Made by a program: the position numbers and the translations under genes | Notes under the pieces: generated by a model | Seen by the model: the letters and a program-made list of their open reading frames with translations, nothing else | Told to the model about the DNA's origin: nothing | Database searches by the model: none | NCBI GenBank assembly: GCA_964631835.1 | Contig: CAZWAD010000001.1 | Coordinates: 180,063-244,062, forward strand | Length of the DNA stretch: 64,000 nt | Reading direction: 5' to 3' | DNA from: an uncultured Chitinophaga sp. | Lineage (GTDB): Bacteria > Bacteroidota > Bacteroidia > Chitinophagales > LD1 | In this document: one piece after another, positions 28,767 to 39,116 of the stretch | Layout of the letters: the number at the start of each line of letters is the position of its first letter | How positions within the stretch are numbered: position 1 is the stretch's first letter

Positions 28767-30308
28767 ATGAGCAAAGAGAGCACACAGAACCTTTTTCAGG
28801 AAATAATTTCACATTGTAAAGAATACGGGTTCATCTTCCCTTCCTCCGAAATTTATGACGGCCTCAGCGCGGTGTACGATTATGGCCCGTATGGTGTTGA
28901 GTTGAAGAAAAACATTCAGGAATACTGGTGGAAGAGTATGGTGCAGCTCAATGAGAACATTGTAGGTCTTGATGCCGCTATATTTATGCATCCGAAAACA
29001 TGGAAAGCTTCGGGGCATGTGGACGCTTTCAACGACCCGCTGATTGACAATAAAGATTCCAAGAAGCGCTACCGTGCTGATGTGCTGATTGAGGATGCCA
29101 TGGCGAAGATTGAGGAGAAGATTGACAGGGAAGCGGAGAAGGCACAGAAGAAATTTGGTGAGAGTTTTAATAGGGAAATGTTTCTGCAAACCAATCCGAA
29201 TGTGTTGCGGAATAAAGAGAAATTGAATGTTATTGAATCGCGGTTTAAAAAAGCGCTGGATGACAACAACCTCGAAGAAGTTCGCCAAATCATTGTTGAT
29301 TTGGAAATTGCCTGCCCTATCAGCGGTACGCGTAACTGGACGGATGTTCGCCAATTCAACCTCATGTTCTCTACCGAAATGGGTTCGGTGGCTGAAGAAG
29401 CCTCAACCATTTACCTGCGTCCTGAAACGGCACAGGGAATTTTTGTAAACTTTCTCAGTGTACAGAAAACTTCCCGGCAGCAAATTCCGTTTGGTATTGC
29501 ACAGGTGGGTAAAGCATTCAGAAATGAAATCGTAGCCCGCCAGTTTATTTTCCGCACCCGCGAGTTTGAGCAGATGGAGATGCAGTTCTTTGTCCGCCCC
29601 GGTACGGAAATGGAATGGTACAACAAGTGGAAGGAGACCCGTATGAAGTGGCACCGGTCGCTTGGTTTTGCTGAAAGTAATCTGAAATTCTACGACCACT
29701 TAAAGCTGGCGCACTACGCCAACGCTGCCGTTGATATTCAATTCAACTTTCCGTTTGGGTTTAAAGAAATTGAAGGCATTCACTCGCGCACAGATTTTGA
29801 TTTAAAAAATCACCAGGAACTTTCCGGAAAAAAATTGCAGTATTTCGATTCGGAACTAAATCAAAGCTATATTCCTTATGTAGTGGAAACCTCAATAGGG
29901 TTGAACCGGACATTTCTGGCGTTGCTTTGCAACGGCTACAAAACCGAGAAGCTCGAAGACGGCAGCGACCGCGTAGTGCTGGCACTTCCTCCATTCCTGG
30001 CGCCTGTTCAAATTGCCATTTTCCCGTTGGTGAAAAAAGACGGGCTTCCTGAAAAAGCGATGGAGATTTTTGATTCGCTACGCTGGGATTTCCAGTGCTT
30101 TTACGAAGAGAAAGATTCAATCGGCAAGCGCTACCGCAGGCAGGATGCACTCGGCACACCATACTGCATTACCGTTGATGCCGAAACACTTACTAACAAT
30201 ACCGTTACTCTCCGCGACCGCGACACCATGAAGCAGGAAAGAATTTCAATTGCAGAATTGAAAACGGTTGTCAGCGAAAAAATAGATTGGAGAAAGGGGC
30301 TTAAATAG
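28767..30308 (+). CDS. glyQS: Glycine--tRNA ligase (homodimeric class II type)
   Basis: 513 aa. N-terminal ...GFIFPSSEIYDGLSAVYDYGPYGVELKKNI, LRPETAQGIF and FRNEI motifs, and a C-terminal anticodon-binding domain. Confidence 0.95.
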   Translation: MSKESTQNLFQEIISHCKEYGFIFPSSEIYDGLSAVYDYGPYGVELKKNIQEYWWKSMVQLNENIVGLDAAIFMHPKTWKASGHVDAFNDPLIDNKDSKKRYRADVLIEDAMAKIEEKIDREAEKAQKKFGESFNREMFLQTNPNVLRNKEKLNVIESRFKKALDDNNLEEVRQIIVDLEIACPISGTRNWTDVRQFNLMFSTEMGSVAEEASTIYLRPETAQGIFVNFLSVQKTSRQQIPFGIAQVGKAFRNEIVARQFIFRTREFEQMEMQFFVRPGTEMEWYNKWKETRMKWHRSLGFAESNLKFYDHLKLAHYANAAVDIQFNFPFGFKEIEGIHSRTDFDLKNHQELSGKKLQYFDSELNQSYIPYVVETSIGLNRTFLALLCNGYKTEKLEDGSDRVVLALPPFLAPVQIAIFPLVKKDGLPEKAMEIFDSLRWDFQCFYEEKDSIGKRYRRQDALGTPYCITVDAETLTNNTVTLRDRDTMKQERISIAELKTVVSEKIDWRKGLK

Positions 30309-30328
30309 CTCTGGGGGTCACAAAACCC

Positions 30329-30605
30329 GGTTCAAAATCGCAGTAATTTACCGCCCTTTCGCACTTTTGGGGTGCTATGTCTTACTTTTTAAGTTCCACG
30401 TCTTACTTCTTGTGTGCGATGTCTTAGTTTTAGGGTGCCATGTCTTACTCTTTATGTGCGAAGTCTTACTTATAGAGTGCTCTTTCTTACTCTTTGACTT
30501 CCATTTCTCACTGTTTAAGTTCCATGTCTTACTCCTATTGTGCTATTTCTTACTTTGTATGTGCTGCGTCTTACCTCTGAACTTCGATTTTGCACACGTG
30601 TGCAA
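30329..30605. repeat. Tandem array B: 13 units of exactly 21 bp, ending in a perfect 16-bp palindrome
   Basis: The core GTCTTAC (or close variants) recurs at 30379, 30400, 30421, 30442, 30463, 30484, 30505, 30526, 30547 and 30568, with degenerate in-phase units at 30329, 30350 and 30581. TTGCACACGTGTGCAA is at 30590-30605. Confidence 0.9.
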
Positions 30606-30646
30606 GTATTTCGCATAAAATTGCTATACTTTTACACAAAAATGCC

Positions 30647-30907
30647 ATGATTAAGAAAATTACGGGAGAAGAATTTGAACAACTTGGCTACAAAGCCGGA
30701 GGGCGGGCAACACCGGCTTACAACGCTATTATTGGCTTACGGCAAGGCGAGGCGGTGGTTATTCCGAAAACCGATTGGCGAAGCCGGACCAAAACCCCTT
30801 CGAGCAAATGCCGCAGAATTGAAAAGAAATTTGCCACCATGAAAGTAAAATACAAATGTGTGGAGTTGACGGACGGCAGCGGATGGGCGGTGAAAAGGCT
30901 TGCTTAA
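30647..30907 (+). CDS. Small hypothetical protein
   Basis: The internal ATG at 30647 gives 86 aa, MIKKITGEEFEQLGYK.... The track ORF from 30590 starts inside the palindrome/array and is less plausible. Confidence 0.5.
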   Translation: MIKKITGEEFEQLGYKAGGRATPAYNAIIGLRQGEAVVIPKTDWRSRTKTPSSKCRRIEKKFATMKVKYKCVELTDGSGWAVKRLA

Positions 30908-30916
30908 ATTGGAGGA

Positions 30917-31174
30917 ATGAAACTACGCCTTAAAGTAAAGCCCAATTCAAGAAACGATGAAATTGCCCGCGAAGCTGACGGCTCGCTGAAAGTGAAAATA
31001 CTCGCACAACCGGTAGAAGGCAAAGCCAACCGGTACTTAATTGAATATCTGAGCCGTTTGCTGAATTTGTCGAAATCGAAAATTACTTTGTTGAAGGGCA
31101 AAAGCAGTTCGTTTAAAACGGTAGAGATTGATGCCGATGAGAAGGCGGTAAATGAAAAGTTTTCCAAATATTAG
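30917..31174 (+). CDS. DUF167 (YggU-like) family protein
   Basis: 85 aa. MKLRLKVKPNSRNDEI...LKVKILAQPVEGKAN..LIEYLSRLLNLSKSKITLLKGKSS..K matches the family pattern. Confidence 0.8.
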   Translation: MKLRLKVKPNSRNDEIAREADGSLKVKILAQPVEGKANRYLIEYLSRLLNLSKSKITLLKGKSSSFKTVEIDADEKAVNEKFSKY

Positions 31175-31620
31175 TTGAAATCTTTCATCACTTTCAGCAC
31201 CTTATTCATTTCAAAACCTTTACTTAAAAGAAACCTGAGCAATTTGTTTTTCCTTTCGCGGGGAGTGGCGGCTTTAATGGTGTTCCATTTTTTGGCTGCA
31301 ATTATTTTCAGTTGCTCCGAATACGTTTCGTCATTCATGGCATCAAGACACTTCTTTATCAACGGCAAGTCAATTCCTTTTTGAAGCAGAGCGGATTTTA
31401 TTTTATTCCTGCCCCATTTTTTTCGAATGTGCCCGTTTACAAAAAACAAGGTATAACGCTCTTCGTCTAAGTATTTTTCCTGTTTCAGCCGGCTGATATA
31501 TTCGCTGTAATCGTTTTTATCTGCTTTCAGTTTGTGCAGCTTGTCCTTTACGTCAGCGGCACAGCGCTCCTGGTAAGCGCAATAGTCAGTCAGCTTGTTG
31601 TAAGTATCTTTATTGAACAT
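31171..31620 (-). CDS. recX: Regulatory protein RecX
   Basis: ATG at 31620 gives about 149 aa, MFNKDTYNKLTDYCAYQERCAADVKDKL..., with three-helix repeat RecX architecture. The longer track ORF (to 31788) adds an implausible basic extension. Confidence 0.85.
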   Translation of the reverse strand: MFNKDTYNKLTDYCAYQERCAADVKDKLHKLKADKNDYSEYISRLKQEKYLDEERYTLFFVNGHIRKKWGRNKIKSALLQKGIDLPLIKKCLDAMNDETYSEQLKIIAAKKWNTIKAATPRERKNKLLRFLLSKGFEMNKVLKVMKDFN

Positions 31621-31698
31621 GAGAGCACCGGTTCGTAAAAATCTGAAAAAATGTTCCGGTAAATGTATTTCAGTTCGCCACGAAATTATATTTGCGCG

Positions 31699-33300
31699 GT
31701 GAAAAAAATTCTTCTTCTTCTTTTTGTTTTTACAGGGGCGTATTCGATAGCTCAAACTCCGCTTGGCTCGCACCCGTACTGCACGCAAAGCGAGGAGGGG
31801 TTTTTCCCCTGTCAGGACACTTTTTCAATTCTTAAAATCCATCAGTTTTATGACATCGGACTGATGCTTCCTTCCTGGCTGCCTATTGTTGACCGCAATT
31901 ATGTGGCTGTTCTGGAAGGAAAGGTTTCGTACCGGCTAACCGATGGCGCAGGCGGACCTCATATAGCCCATGAAGACCTGCCTTTTTACCACTACTCACA
32001 CGATATGAATTTTGATGTAATACCAGATAAGACTGATGACAACCGGTTTTATCATCTCCTTCCGTATTTAGTTTATCACAATAAAGAAGGGAACGACACC
32101 ATGCTGCACAGCACTGTTCATTGCGAATGGGAAACAGGGCTAGGCATGAGCAATCGGGTAAACCCGATGCGGGATGACAATGATGCCGGACGCAGCGGAG
32201 GTTTTTTTTCTGCCGGTCATGAGTTGGGTGATGTAATCTGGAACTGGCCTACAACCGGTGACTGGGTGCATGTGGAGGGACACTATGTGTGGGACCGAGG
32301 TCATCCGCCCAGCCATGCCGAAATTCACCCACCCCGGATAGTAGCCATTAAGCGCTCACTTCCCGAGCAGATTGTAATTGGCGACAGCTCCCTCAAGTTC
32401 GCCACCCGCGTTGACATTTTTGCCAGCGGTGACGGTGGCGCGCTGGTAAACAACCGGTTTAATTCGCCTCCGTATGTCAAACGCGTAAACATGAGCAGCA
32501 AAGACTATGAGTTTATAGTGACCACCGATTTGCCGCGCCCTTCGCCCAATGCAGAGCTGAAGTACACCATAATTCGTCAGAAACCCGATAATTTTTCGCA
32601 GTATGAGCTAATTGAAACCAATTCTGATTCGGGATTCATGCAAGTTACAATTCCCTGGAAAACAAAAAACGCCAACGACCTTGAAATTTATGCGCGAACT
32701 GTTTTCCTGTACTGGGATGAAGGAAAAGGCCTGAGTAATGAAGTGCCGGTTGATGCTTACAAGGTGAAACTTACCAATCTGAAGTTCCGTTACCTGAACG
32801 ATAAGCTGTCGAAAGCCGAAGTTCGCCTGTTTGCCAATGTCGGCAGCCACTGGATTTTTCTGAATGATTTTCACGGGAAAAAGGGAAAGATTCTTACCAA
32901 GGGCATGGGAAAGACCTACAAGAAAAAATGGACGCTTGATAATGAGTTTTTGCTCTTTGTGCCGCGCGGAAAAAGTTTCCGAGTTTATATTGGCGGCTGG
33001 GAAGTGGACGGCATTGACTTGCTGGCAGGAACTTTAATTGATCCAAACTCGCCATGTAGCAGGAAAACGAAAAAATTTATCCGTGACAAGGCATTTTCTA
33101 TCCGTAACATGCTATTGAAAGGCTGTATGGATGATGAATACGGAGATATTTCAAACTTACATTCGTACGATAAACTCGGGCGCATTGACCACTTTACCAA
33201 TTCACCCCACGAAGGAAAGAACGAAGACCCCTGCCCTGGTGGCAAGTTTGAATTAAAAGACCGGTACTTTCTCAGTTATACGGTTGAGAAAGTAAATTAA
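31699..33300 (+). CDS. Hypothetical exported protein
   Basis: GTG at 31699 gives the signal peptide (M)KKILLLLFVFTGAYSIAQ; the track start is 31663. No recognisable domain. Confidence 0.7.
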   Translation: MKKILLLLFVFTGAYSIAQTPLGSHPYCTQSEEGFFPCQDTFSILKIHQFYDIGLMLPSWLPIVDRNYVAVLEGKVSYRLTDGAGGPHIAHEDLPFYHYSHDMNFDVIPDKTDDNRFYHLLPYLVYHNKEGNDTMLHSTVHCEWETGLGMSNRVNPMRDDNDAGRSGGFFSAGHELGDVIWNWPTTGDWVHVEGHYVWDRGHPPSHAEIHPPRIVAIKRSLPEQIVIGDSSLKFATRVDIFASGDGGALVNNRFNSPPYVKRVNMSSKDYEFIVTTDLPRPSPNAELKYTIIRQKPDNFSQYELIETNSDSGFMQVTIPWKTKNANDLEIYARTVFLYWDEGKGLSNEVPVDAYKVKLTNLKFRYLNDKLSKAEVRLFANVGSHWIFLNDFHGKKGKILTKGMGKTYKKKWTLDNEFLLFVPRGKSFRVYIGGWEVDGIDLLAGTLIDPNSPCSRKTKKFIRDKAFSIRNMLLKGCMDDEYGDISNLHSYDKLGRIDHFTNSPHEGKNEDPCPGGKFELKDRYFLSYTVEKVN

Positions 33301-33317
33301 CAAGAACGCTTCCTTTT

Positions 33318-34004
33318 TTAAAGCCCGAAAGCTTTCCAAACATTGTCACCAGCCGGAACCGGTGCGGTAATTTCAATCTGTTCCTTTTTTACGGGGTGAA
33401 TAAATTCCACTTTTCGCGCGTGGAGGTGAATGCTTCCATCGCGGTTTCCGCGCCTGGCTCCGTATTTTACATCGCCTTTTATCGGGCAGCCCATAGCTGA
33501 TAGCTGAACCCGAATCTGGTGGTGCCTGCCGGTAAAGGGGTTTATTTCAAGCAAATGATAGTTGTCGATGCTTTTCAGCCACAGGTAGTGCAGTTCGCAG
33601 CGCAAGGTGCCGGGTATTTCTTTATTCCAGGCGCGGGAGATATTTTTCTGCTCGTTTTTTTTCAACCAGTGAATCAGCGTACCTTCTTTTTCAGCAGGCA
33701 TTTTTTCTACTGCCGCCCAGTACGTTTTATTTACCTCTTTGTTTTTAAACATTTCATTCATGCGCGCCAGAGCCTTACTGGTTTTCGCTAAAACAACCAC
33801 TCCGCTCACCGGTCTATCTATCCGATGACACACTCCGAGGAAAACCTCTCCCGGCTTCTGATACTTGCTTTTGATGTATTGCTTTACCGAAACCTCAAGT
33901 GAATCGTCATTACTTTTGTCTGGCTGTACTAAAATACCCGAGGGTTTGTTTACGGCAATCAGGTGGTTGTCTTCAAAAAGAATTTCAGGTTGGGAATGGC
34001 TCAT
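33318..34004 (-). CDS. RluA-family pseudouridine synthase
   Basis: 228 aa with the catalytic motif HRIDRPVSGVVVLAKT. Confidence 0.9.
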   Translation of the reverse strand: MSHSQPEILFEDNHLIAVNKPSGILVQPDKSNDDSLEVSVKQYIKSKYQKPGEVFLGVCHRIDRPVSGVVVLAKTSKALARMNEMFKNKEVNKTYWAAVEKMPAEKEGTLIHWLKKNEQKNISRAWNKEIPGTLRCELHYLWLKSIDNYHLLEINPFTGRHHQIRVQLSAMGCPIKGDVKYGARRGNRDGSIHLHARKVEFIHPVKKEQIEITAPVPAGDNVWKAFGL

Positions 34005-34145
34005 TACTTGAATGCAAAACTCCTTTTTATTCAGACACTTTGAAATTTATCGGGTAAAAATTGCCAGAGCTGAAATCTTTCAATATCTTTAGCTCTTCCA
34101 TAAAGAATTGCGGTAACCAATTCAATCAACTTAAAATCATGAACA

Positions 34146-37100
34146 ATGATGAATAACTACAAACAGAAAACAAGATTCGGTTTAACGCTCATTGGGGCTT
34201 TTATTCTTATCGCGCTGCGGGCGCAAACCATTCAACTGGGCACAGGTGTTTCCACCTCGGGAAACACAACTGCCAGCCCGGTTAACGGCTATTATGAATA
34301 CATGCGGTATCAAACCGTTTACACCGCTGCCGAAATAAACGCACAGGGGATATTCGGCCCCATTGCGATTACCAACATGGCTTATTATTTAATTTCAGTG
34401 CCTGACTCGGTTTTGAAGAACTATGAAGTAAGAATGGCAAATACGCTTGCAGTAAATTGTGCCGCACATGTGGCGGACCCTCTGACAACCGTTTATTTCA
34501 ACGCGGCTCCTTCATGGACGGCAAATACCTGGAATACACTTACTCTTTCCACACCGTTTATGTGGGACGGCACAAGTAATTTAGTTATTGATGTAAACTT
34601 TGGAAGGGTAGTATATGCCAGCGGAGGCACCTATGGCGCTTTGCGCACATATGCCCTTACCAACGGTTCGCGTTATGTTCGTTGCGATTCTTCAGGAACC
34701 TGCGGCAGTCAGGCTAACATAACCACCAATACAACTCAAAACACAAAGCCCCAGATTCAGCTTACTTTTTTGCCCGCAGCAATTTGCAGCGGCACTCCTG
34801 TTGCAGGTACAGCTTCAGCGCCAGCATCCGTTTGCAGCACAATAGGCTTTGACCTTACTTTAACAGGTCAGACTCCTGATGGCGGAATTACCGTGCAGTG
34901 GCAATCTTCTTCAGACGGAATTAATTTTTCGGACATTTCCGGGGCGACATTTCCCATATCGCCTGTTTCACAAACATCCGATACTTATTACCATTGCGTG
35001 GTTACCTGCACCGGTTCAGGACTTTCAGACACCTCGAATGTGGTGCTGGTTACCATGTCTCCGTTTCTTACCTGTTATTGTGCTTCGGGAGCTTCTAATA
35101 GTACGGATACAAAGATTGATTCTGTACGGTTCCTTACGGTTTCGACAGGCTCTCCGCTTACTACATGCCAGACTTATACCGACTATACTTCCCTGGTTGC
35201 AGCCGCACAACAAACGGTACCTTTCTTTCTTAATATCAAAAATGGTTTCTGTGTAACCACTCATTACCCCGCTTATGTATCGGTTTACATTGACTATAAC
35301 CACAATGGAATTTTAGATGATGCGGGAGAGTTGGTCTATTCATTCGGCCCTACAACCGCAAGGAATACGATTCCTCCGGTTCAAATTACCATTCCGGGAA
35401 CTTCGCAGCTTGGGCAAACCAGAATGAGAATAATTCTGGCAGAGGGGACTGCCATTCGCACGCCTTGCGAAGCGTACACCTATGGCGAAACCGAAGACTA
35501 TACTATAGACATTAGTGCCGCACCGGTTTGTTCTTCACCATCAGCAGGAGGAGCAGCCACCGGGCCATCGGTTGCCGATGTAGGACCTGCATATCTGTAC
35601 GAGTTAACCGGTTTTAACGGAAATATTCAATGGCAGTATTCTACCGCTTCTGCTGTAGGGCCTTTTATAAATATTACCGGAGCGTATAATGATTCTTTAT
35701 CAGCAACCTTCAATGCCGTAGGAACTTACTGGATACGGGCATTTGTAACAGAACCGGGCTGTGACCCCGATTCATCCAATGCGGTGCAAACTGTGGTGCA
35801 GCTACTTGGCGATGATGTGTGTGATGCCATTACTTTAAGCTTTGGAGTTAATGGTCCTTTTAGTACCGAAGCTGCAACAGTTCAATCAGGAGAGCCGGCA
35901 CCAAGCCCGGGAACCGCAACCAATTCCTGCCAATCGCAGGACGGGTGGTGTGCGGGCGATACAACCGTTACTAATTCCCGCTGGTTTAAATTTGTAGCCC
36001 CTGCTTCAGGACGAGTGAGCATTCAGTCGCCCGGCTTCGACACTCAGCTTGCTTTATGGGATGCTACAACTTGTGGCGACCTACTTACAGGAGGGGCTAC
36101 TCTTGTTAGGGCCAATGACGATGACCCGGATTATACTGCTCATGGCGGGGTTATTTATTCTTCATTTATTGATTCGGCTGTTTGTTTAACGCCTGGTAAA
36201 ACATACTACGTTCAGCTTGACCCATATACTTCACCCGGTGATTTCACAACCATTGTACTTACCGACCTGGGCGGAATATCGGTGAGTGTACTTTCTACCA
36301 CCGATGTTTCATGCTACGGAGATACGGACGGTGCCATTGACGTAGAAGTAACAGGCGCTTCCGGCAGTTATGCTTTTGAATGGAACAATATGGAAACCAC
36401 TGAAGATATTTCAGGGTTAGCTCCCGGAACTTATGTGCTTACTGTTACCGATGCCGGCTGTGAGGCTACTGTTTCTTCAGGAGGAATTACCATTTACGAA
36501 CCCGCGCCCCTTACAGCGATGTCTGACTCAATTGTGAATGTGCGTTGCATGGGCGAAAGCACCGGTGGTGTTTATATTTCTGTTTCGGGCGGAACGACCC
36601 CTTACAATTTTGACTGGAGCAACGGTTCAGCAAACGAAGACCTGACCGGTGTGCCAGCGGGAACATACTCAGGCACTTTAACCGATGCCAACGGATGTTC
36701 AATTTCAAGTCCGCCATTCCCGATTACGGAGCCCTCAACCATTGTTTCGGTAATGGTAGATGCGGTTACTGATAATTTATGCCCGGGCGGAAGCACCGGA
36801 GGTGTGGAGATTACCGCCAGTGGCGGAACTCCGGGGTATAGTTACAGTTGGAGCAATGGCTCCATGGATGAAGATATTACAGGCGTTGGGGCTGATGATT
36901 ACGATGTAGTTGTTACTGATGCTAACGGCTGCATCGCTTCGGCTTCAGCTACCGTTAGTGAACCCGCGCCTGTGGCGGTTACGGTTGATTCTATTCATCA
37001 TGTAAGCTGCTTTGGCGGAAATACCGGTGCGGTTTATATTACCGTATCCGGTGGAACTTCTCCATACATGGCGCTGTGGAGCAATAGTTCAACTGACGAA

Positions 37101-37922
37101 GATATCACCGGGCTGATTGCCGGAAACTATTTTACAACGGTGACGGATGATAACGGCTGCACCGGCAGCGGCATGGCAACTGTTAACGAAGCAACCGCTA
37201 TTACTGTTCTGCTCGATTCGGTGAAAAACAACCTTTGTTCAGGCAGTACTTCAGCAGGTATTTATATTTCAGTAGGTGGTGGAAATGGCGGGTATGTTTA
37301 CAGTTGGAGCAATGGAGCAACCTCTCAGGATAATGCAGGAATTGCCCAAGGCTCTTATACTTTGAATATTACCGATGCTGCCGGATGCCCGAAATCTTTC
37401 GGACCGGTGAGTACGCTTGACCCGCCTGCCATTGCAGCCAGTTCGGTTTCAACCAATCAGGTGCAGGGTGGCGCTATGGGTTCGGTAAACCTCACCGTTT
37501 CGGGCGGTACGCCAGGCTATAATTTCTTGTGGAATAACGGTGCTACAACCGAAGACCTGGCGAGTGTTCCGGCAGGCAGTTACTGTGTTACCATTACCGA
37601 TGCAAACTCATGCAGCTTTTCAATATGCGATTCGGTAAGTTTTATTACCGGTATTAGCAGTGCTGAAAATATTGCAGCTGTAAATCTTTATCCTAACCCT
37701 GCTCAGGATAAAGTATTTCTTGAGTTAGTGATAGGTAATGTTTCTGATATAACTGTTGAGGTTTACAATGTAAACGCGCAGCTCATCACCGGTTTTCAGC
37801 GAAATCAGGTTTCTGATGCAAAGTTTGAAATCAACTTTGCCGATGAGGCTGCAGGGGTTTACTACGCCAGAATTAAAGCCGGCAATACCCTGTTGGTGAA
37901 ACGGATTTTAGTGGCACGGTAA
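34146..37922 (+). CDS. Very large secreted cell-surface protein with about 8 SprB-type Cys repeats and a T9SS CTD
   Basis: 1258 aa with a signal peptide. Repeated modules such as ...CYGDTDGAIDVEVTGASGSYAFEWNN...GTYVLTVTDAGC. C-terminal LYPNPAQDKVFLE...GVYYARIKAG. Confidence 0.85.
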   Translation: MMNNYKQKTRFGLTLIGAFILIALRAQTIQLGTGVSTSGNTTASPVNGYYEYMRYQTVYTAAEINAQGIFGPIAITNMAYYLISVPDSVLKNYEVRMANTLAVNCAAHVADPLTTVYFNAAPSWTANTWNTLTLSTPFMWDGTSNLVIDVNFGRVVYASGGTYGALRTYALTNGSRYVRCDSSGTCGSQANITTNTTQNTKPQIQLTFLPAAICSGTPVAGTASAPASVCSTIGFDLTLTGQTPDGGITVQWQSSSDGINFSDISGATFPISPVSQTSDTYYHCVVTCTGSGLSDTSNVVLVTMSPFLTCYCASGASNSTDTKIDSVRFLTVSTGSPLTTCQTYTDYTSLVAAAQQTVPFFLNIKNGFCVTTHYPAYVSVYIDYNHNGILDDAGELVYSFGPTTARNTIPPVQITIPGTSQLGQTRMRIILAEGTAIRTPCEAYTYGETEDYTIDISAAPVCSSPSAGGAATGPSVADVGPAYLYELTGFNGNIQWQYSTASAVGPFINITGAYNDSLSATFNAVGTYWIRAFVTEPGCDPDSSNAVQTVVQLLGDDVCDAITLSFGVNGPFSTEAATVQSGEPAPSPGTATNSCQSQDGWCAGDTTVTNSRWFKFVAPASGRVSIQSPGFDTQLALWDATTCGDLLTGGATLVRANDDDPDYTAHGGVIYSSFIDSAVCLTPGKTYYVQLDPYTSPGDFTTIVLTDLGGISVSVLSTTDVSCYGDTDGAIDVEVTGASGSYAFEWNNMETTEDISGLAPGTYVLTVTDAGCEATVSSGGITIYEPAPLTAMSDSIVNVRCMGESTGGVYISVSGGTTPYNFDWSNGSANEDLTGVPAGTYSGTLTDANGCSISSPPFPITEPSTIVSVMVDAVTDNLCPGGSTGGVEITASGGTPGYSYSWSNGSMDEDITGVGADDYDVVVTDANGCIASASATVSEPAPVAVTVDSIHHVSCFGGNTGAVYITVSGGTSPYMALWSNSSTDEDITGLIAGNYFTTVTDDNGCTGSGMATVNEATAITVLLDSVKNNLCSGSTSAGIYISVGGGNGGYVYSWSNGATSQDNAGIAQGSYTLNITDAAGCPKSFGPVSTLDPPAIAASSVSTNQVQGGAMGSVNLTVSGGTPGYNFLWNNGATTEDLASVPAGSYCVTITDANSCSFSICDSVSFITGISSAENIAAVNLYPNPAQDKVFLELVIGNVSDITVEVYNVNAQLITGFQRNQVSDAKFEINFADEAAGVYYARIKAGNTLLVKRILVAR

Positions 37923-37950
37923 AAAAAGTTAACGTTTATTACAATTAAAA

Positions 37951-37986
37951 AGCCCCCGCAAAACCTGCAGGGGCTTTTGTTTTTTT
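37951..37986 (+). terminator. Rho-independent terminator after CDS 34146..37922
   Basis: The stem GCCCC (37952-56) pairs with GGGGC (37970-74) and is followed by TTTTGTTTTTTT. Confidence 0.6.
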
Positions 37987-37987
37987 G

Positions 37988-38061
37988 CTCCCCGACCTGG
38001 GCTCGAACCAGGGACCTAGTGATTAACAGTCACTCGCTCTAACCAGCTGAGCTATCGAGGA
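37988..38061 (-). tRNA. tRNA-Asn (anticodon GUU)
   Basis: The reverse complement folds as a cloverleaf: acceptor TCCTCGA/TCGGGGA, D arm GCTC-AGCTGGTTA-GAGC, anticodon arm AGTGA-CTGTTAA-TCACT, T arm CCTGG-TTCGAGC-CCAGG, discriminator G. CCA is not encoded. Confidence 0.95.
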
Positions 38062-38184
38062 GTGTTCCCTTTTGAAATTTGGGAATGCAAATGTAATTTT
38101 CTTTCAAATTTTTGCAACCATCTTTCTACTGCTGCTATCTTTGCACAGCTATTACGATTTACAATTAACGATTAACTCTTTACC

Positions 38185-39114
38185 ATGTCTCTTCTCACAG
38201 TTGGAACCGTTGCTTTTGATGCTATAGAAACCCCGTTTGGTAAAACCGATAAAATTGTAGGGGGCGCGGCTACTTACATTGCCTGGAGCGCTTCGTATTT
38301 TTCAAAGCAGGTGAATATTGTTTCGGTGATTGGCGATGATTTTGACATGAGTGAGCTTGAGCTTTTAAAAAAACGCGGTGTAGATACCACAGGTATTGAT
38401 GTTAAGACGGGCAAGAAATCTTTTTTCTGGAGCGGTAAATATCATTTGGATATGAACAGCCGCGATACTTTGATTACCGACCTGAATGTGCTTTCAGAGT
38501 TCAACCCGGTTATTCCCGAAAATTATTTCGACAGCGATATTCTTTTGCTTGGAAACATTGACCCCAATTTGCAAATGCGCGTGATTGAGCAATTACCAAC
38601 CCGCCCCAAACTGGTAGTGCTTGATACGATGAACTTCTGGATGACTCCGGCTTTTATCGGCAAGCTGTACGAGGTGATGAAGAAGATAGATGTGCTGGCT
38701 ATTAACGATGCCGAGGCGCGTCAGCTTTCGGACGAGTACTCTTTGGTAAAAGCCGCCCGCAAAATATTGACGATGGGTCCCGAGTACCTGGTGATTAAAA
38801 AAGGCGAACATGGCGCGCTGTTGTTTCATGATAACGAGGTGTTCTTTGCCCCCGCGCTTCCGCTCGAAGAGGTTTTCGACCCCACCGGTGCCGGTGATAC
38901 TTTTGCCGGAGGTTTCTGCGGTTATCTGGATAAAACCCGCGACATCAGTTTTGAGAACATGAAACGCGCTATTATTTACGGCTCGGCTATGGCTTCGTTT
39001 TGTGTAGAAAAGTTCGGCACCGAGCGGCTCAAAAATCTTACCCAGCACGAAATTGAAGACCGGGTAAAAGATTTTATTGACCTGGTTCAGTTCGATATTG
39101 TGCTGGAAGATTAA
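38185..39114 (+). CDS. PfkB-family carbohydrate/nucleoside kinase
   Basis: 309 aa with the C-terminal ATP-binding signature DPTGAGDTFAGGF. Confidence 0.85.
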   Translation: MSLLTVGTVAFDAIETPFGKTDKIVGGAATYIAWSASYFSKQVNIVSVIGDDFDMSELELLKKRGVDTTGIDVKTGKKSFFWSGKYHLDMNSRDTLITDLNVLSEFNPVIPENYFDSDILLLGNIDPNLQMRVIEQLPTRPKLVVLDTMNFWMTPAFIGKLYEVMKKIDVLAINDAEARQLSDEYSLVKAARKILTMGPEYLVIKKGEHGALLFHDNEVFFAPALPLEEVFDPTGAGDTFAGGFCGYLDKTRDISFENMKRAIIYGSAMASFCVEKFGTERLKNLTQHEIEDRVKDFIDLVQFDIVLED

Positions 39115-39116
39115 TT

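Noticed and set aside
28809-29354. 181-aa minus-strand ORF (and 29069..29410)
   Set aside because: It is antisense to glyQS, which is unambiguous.
30367-30618. 83-aa ORF across array B (heptads VLLFKFH)
   Set aside because: TTG start and an extreme Leu/Phe/Cys/His composition. It is a pure by-product of the 21-bp period. No CDS called; it is flagged for ribo-seq.
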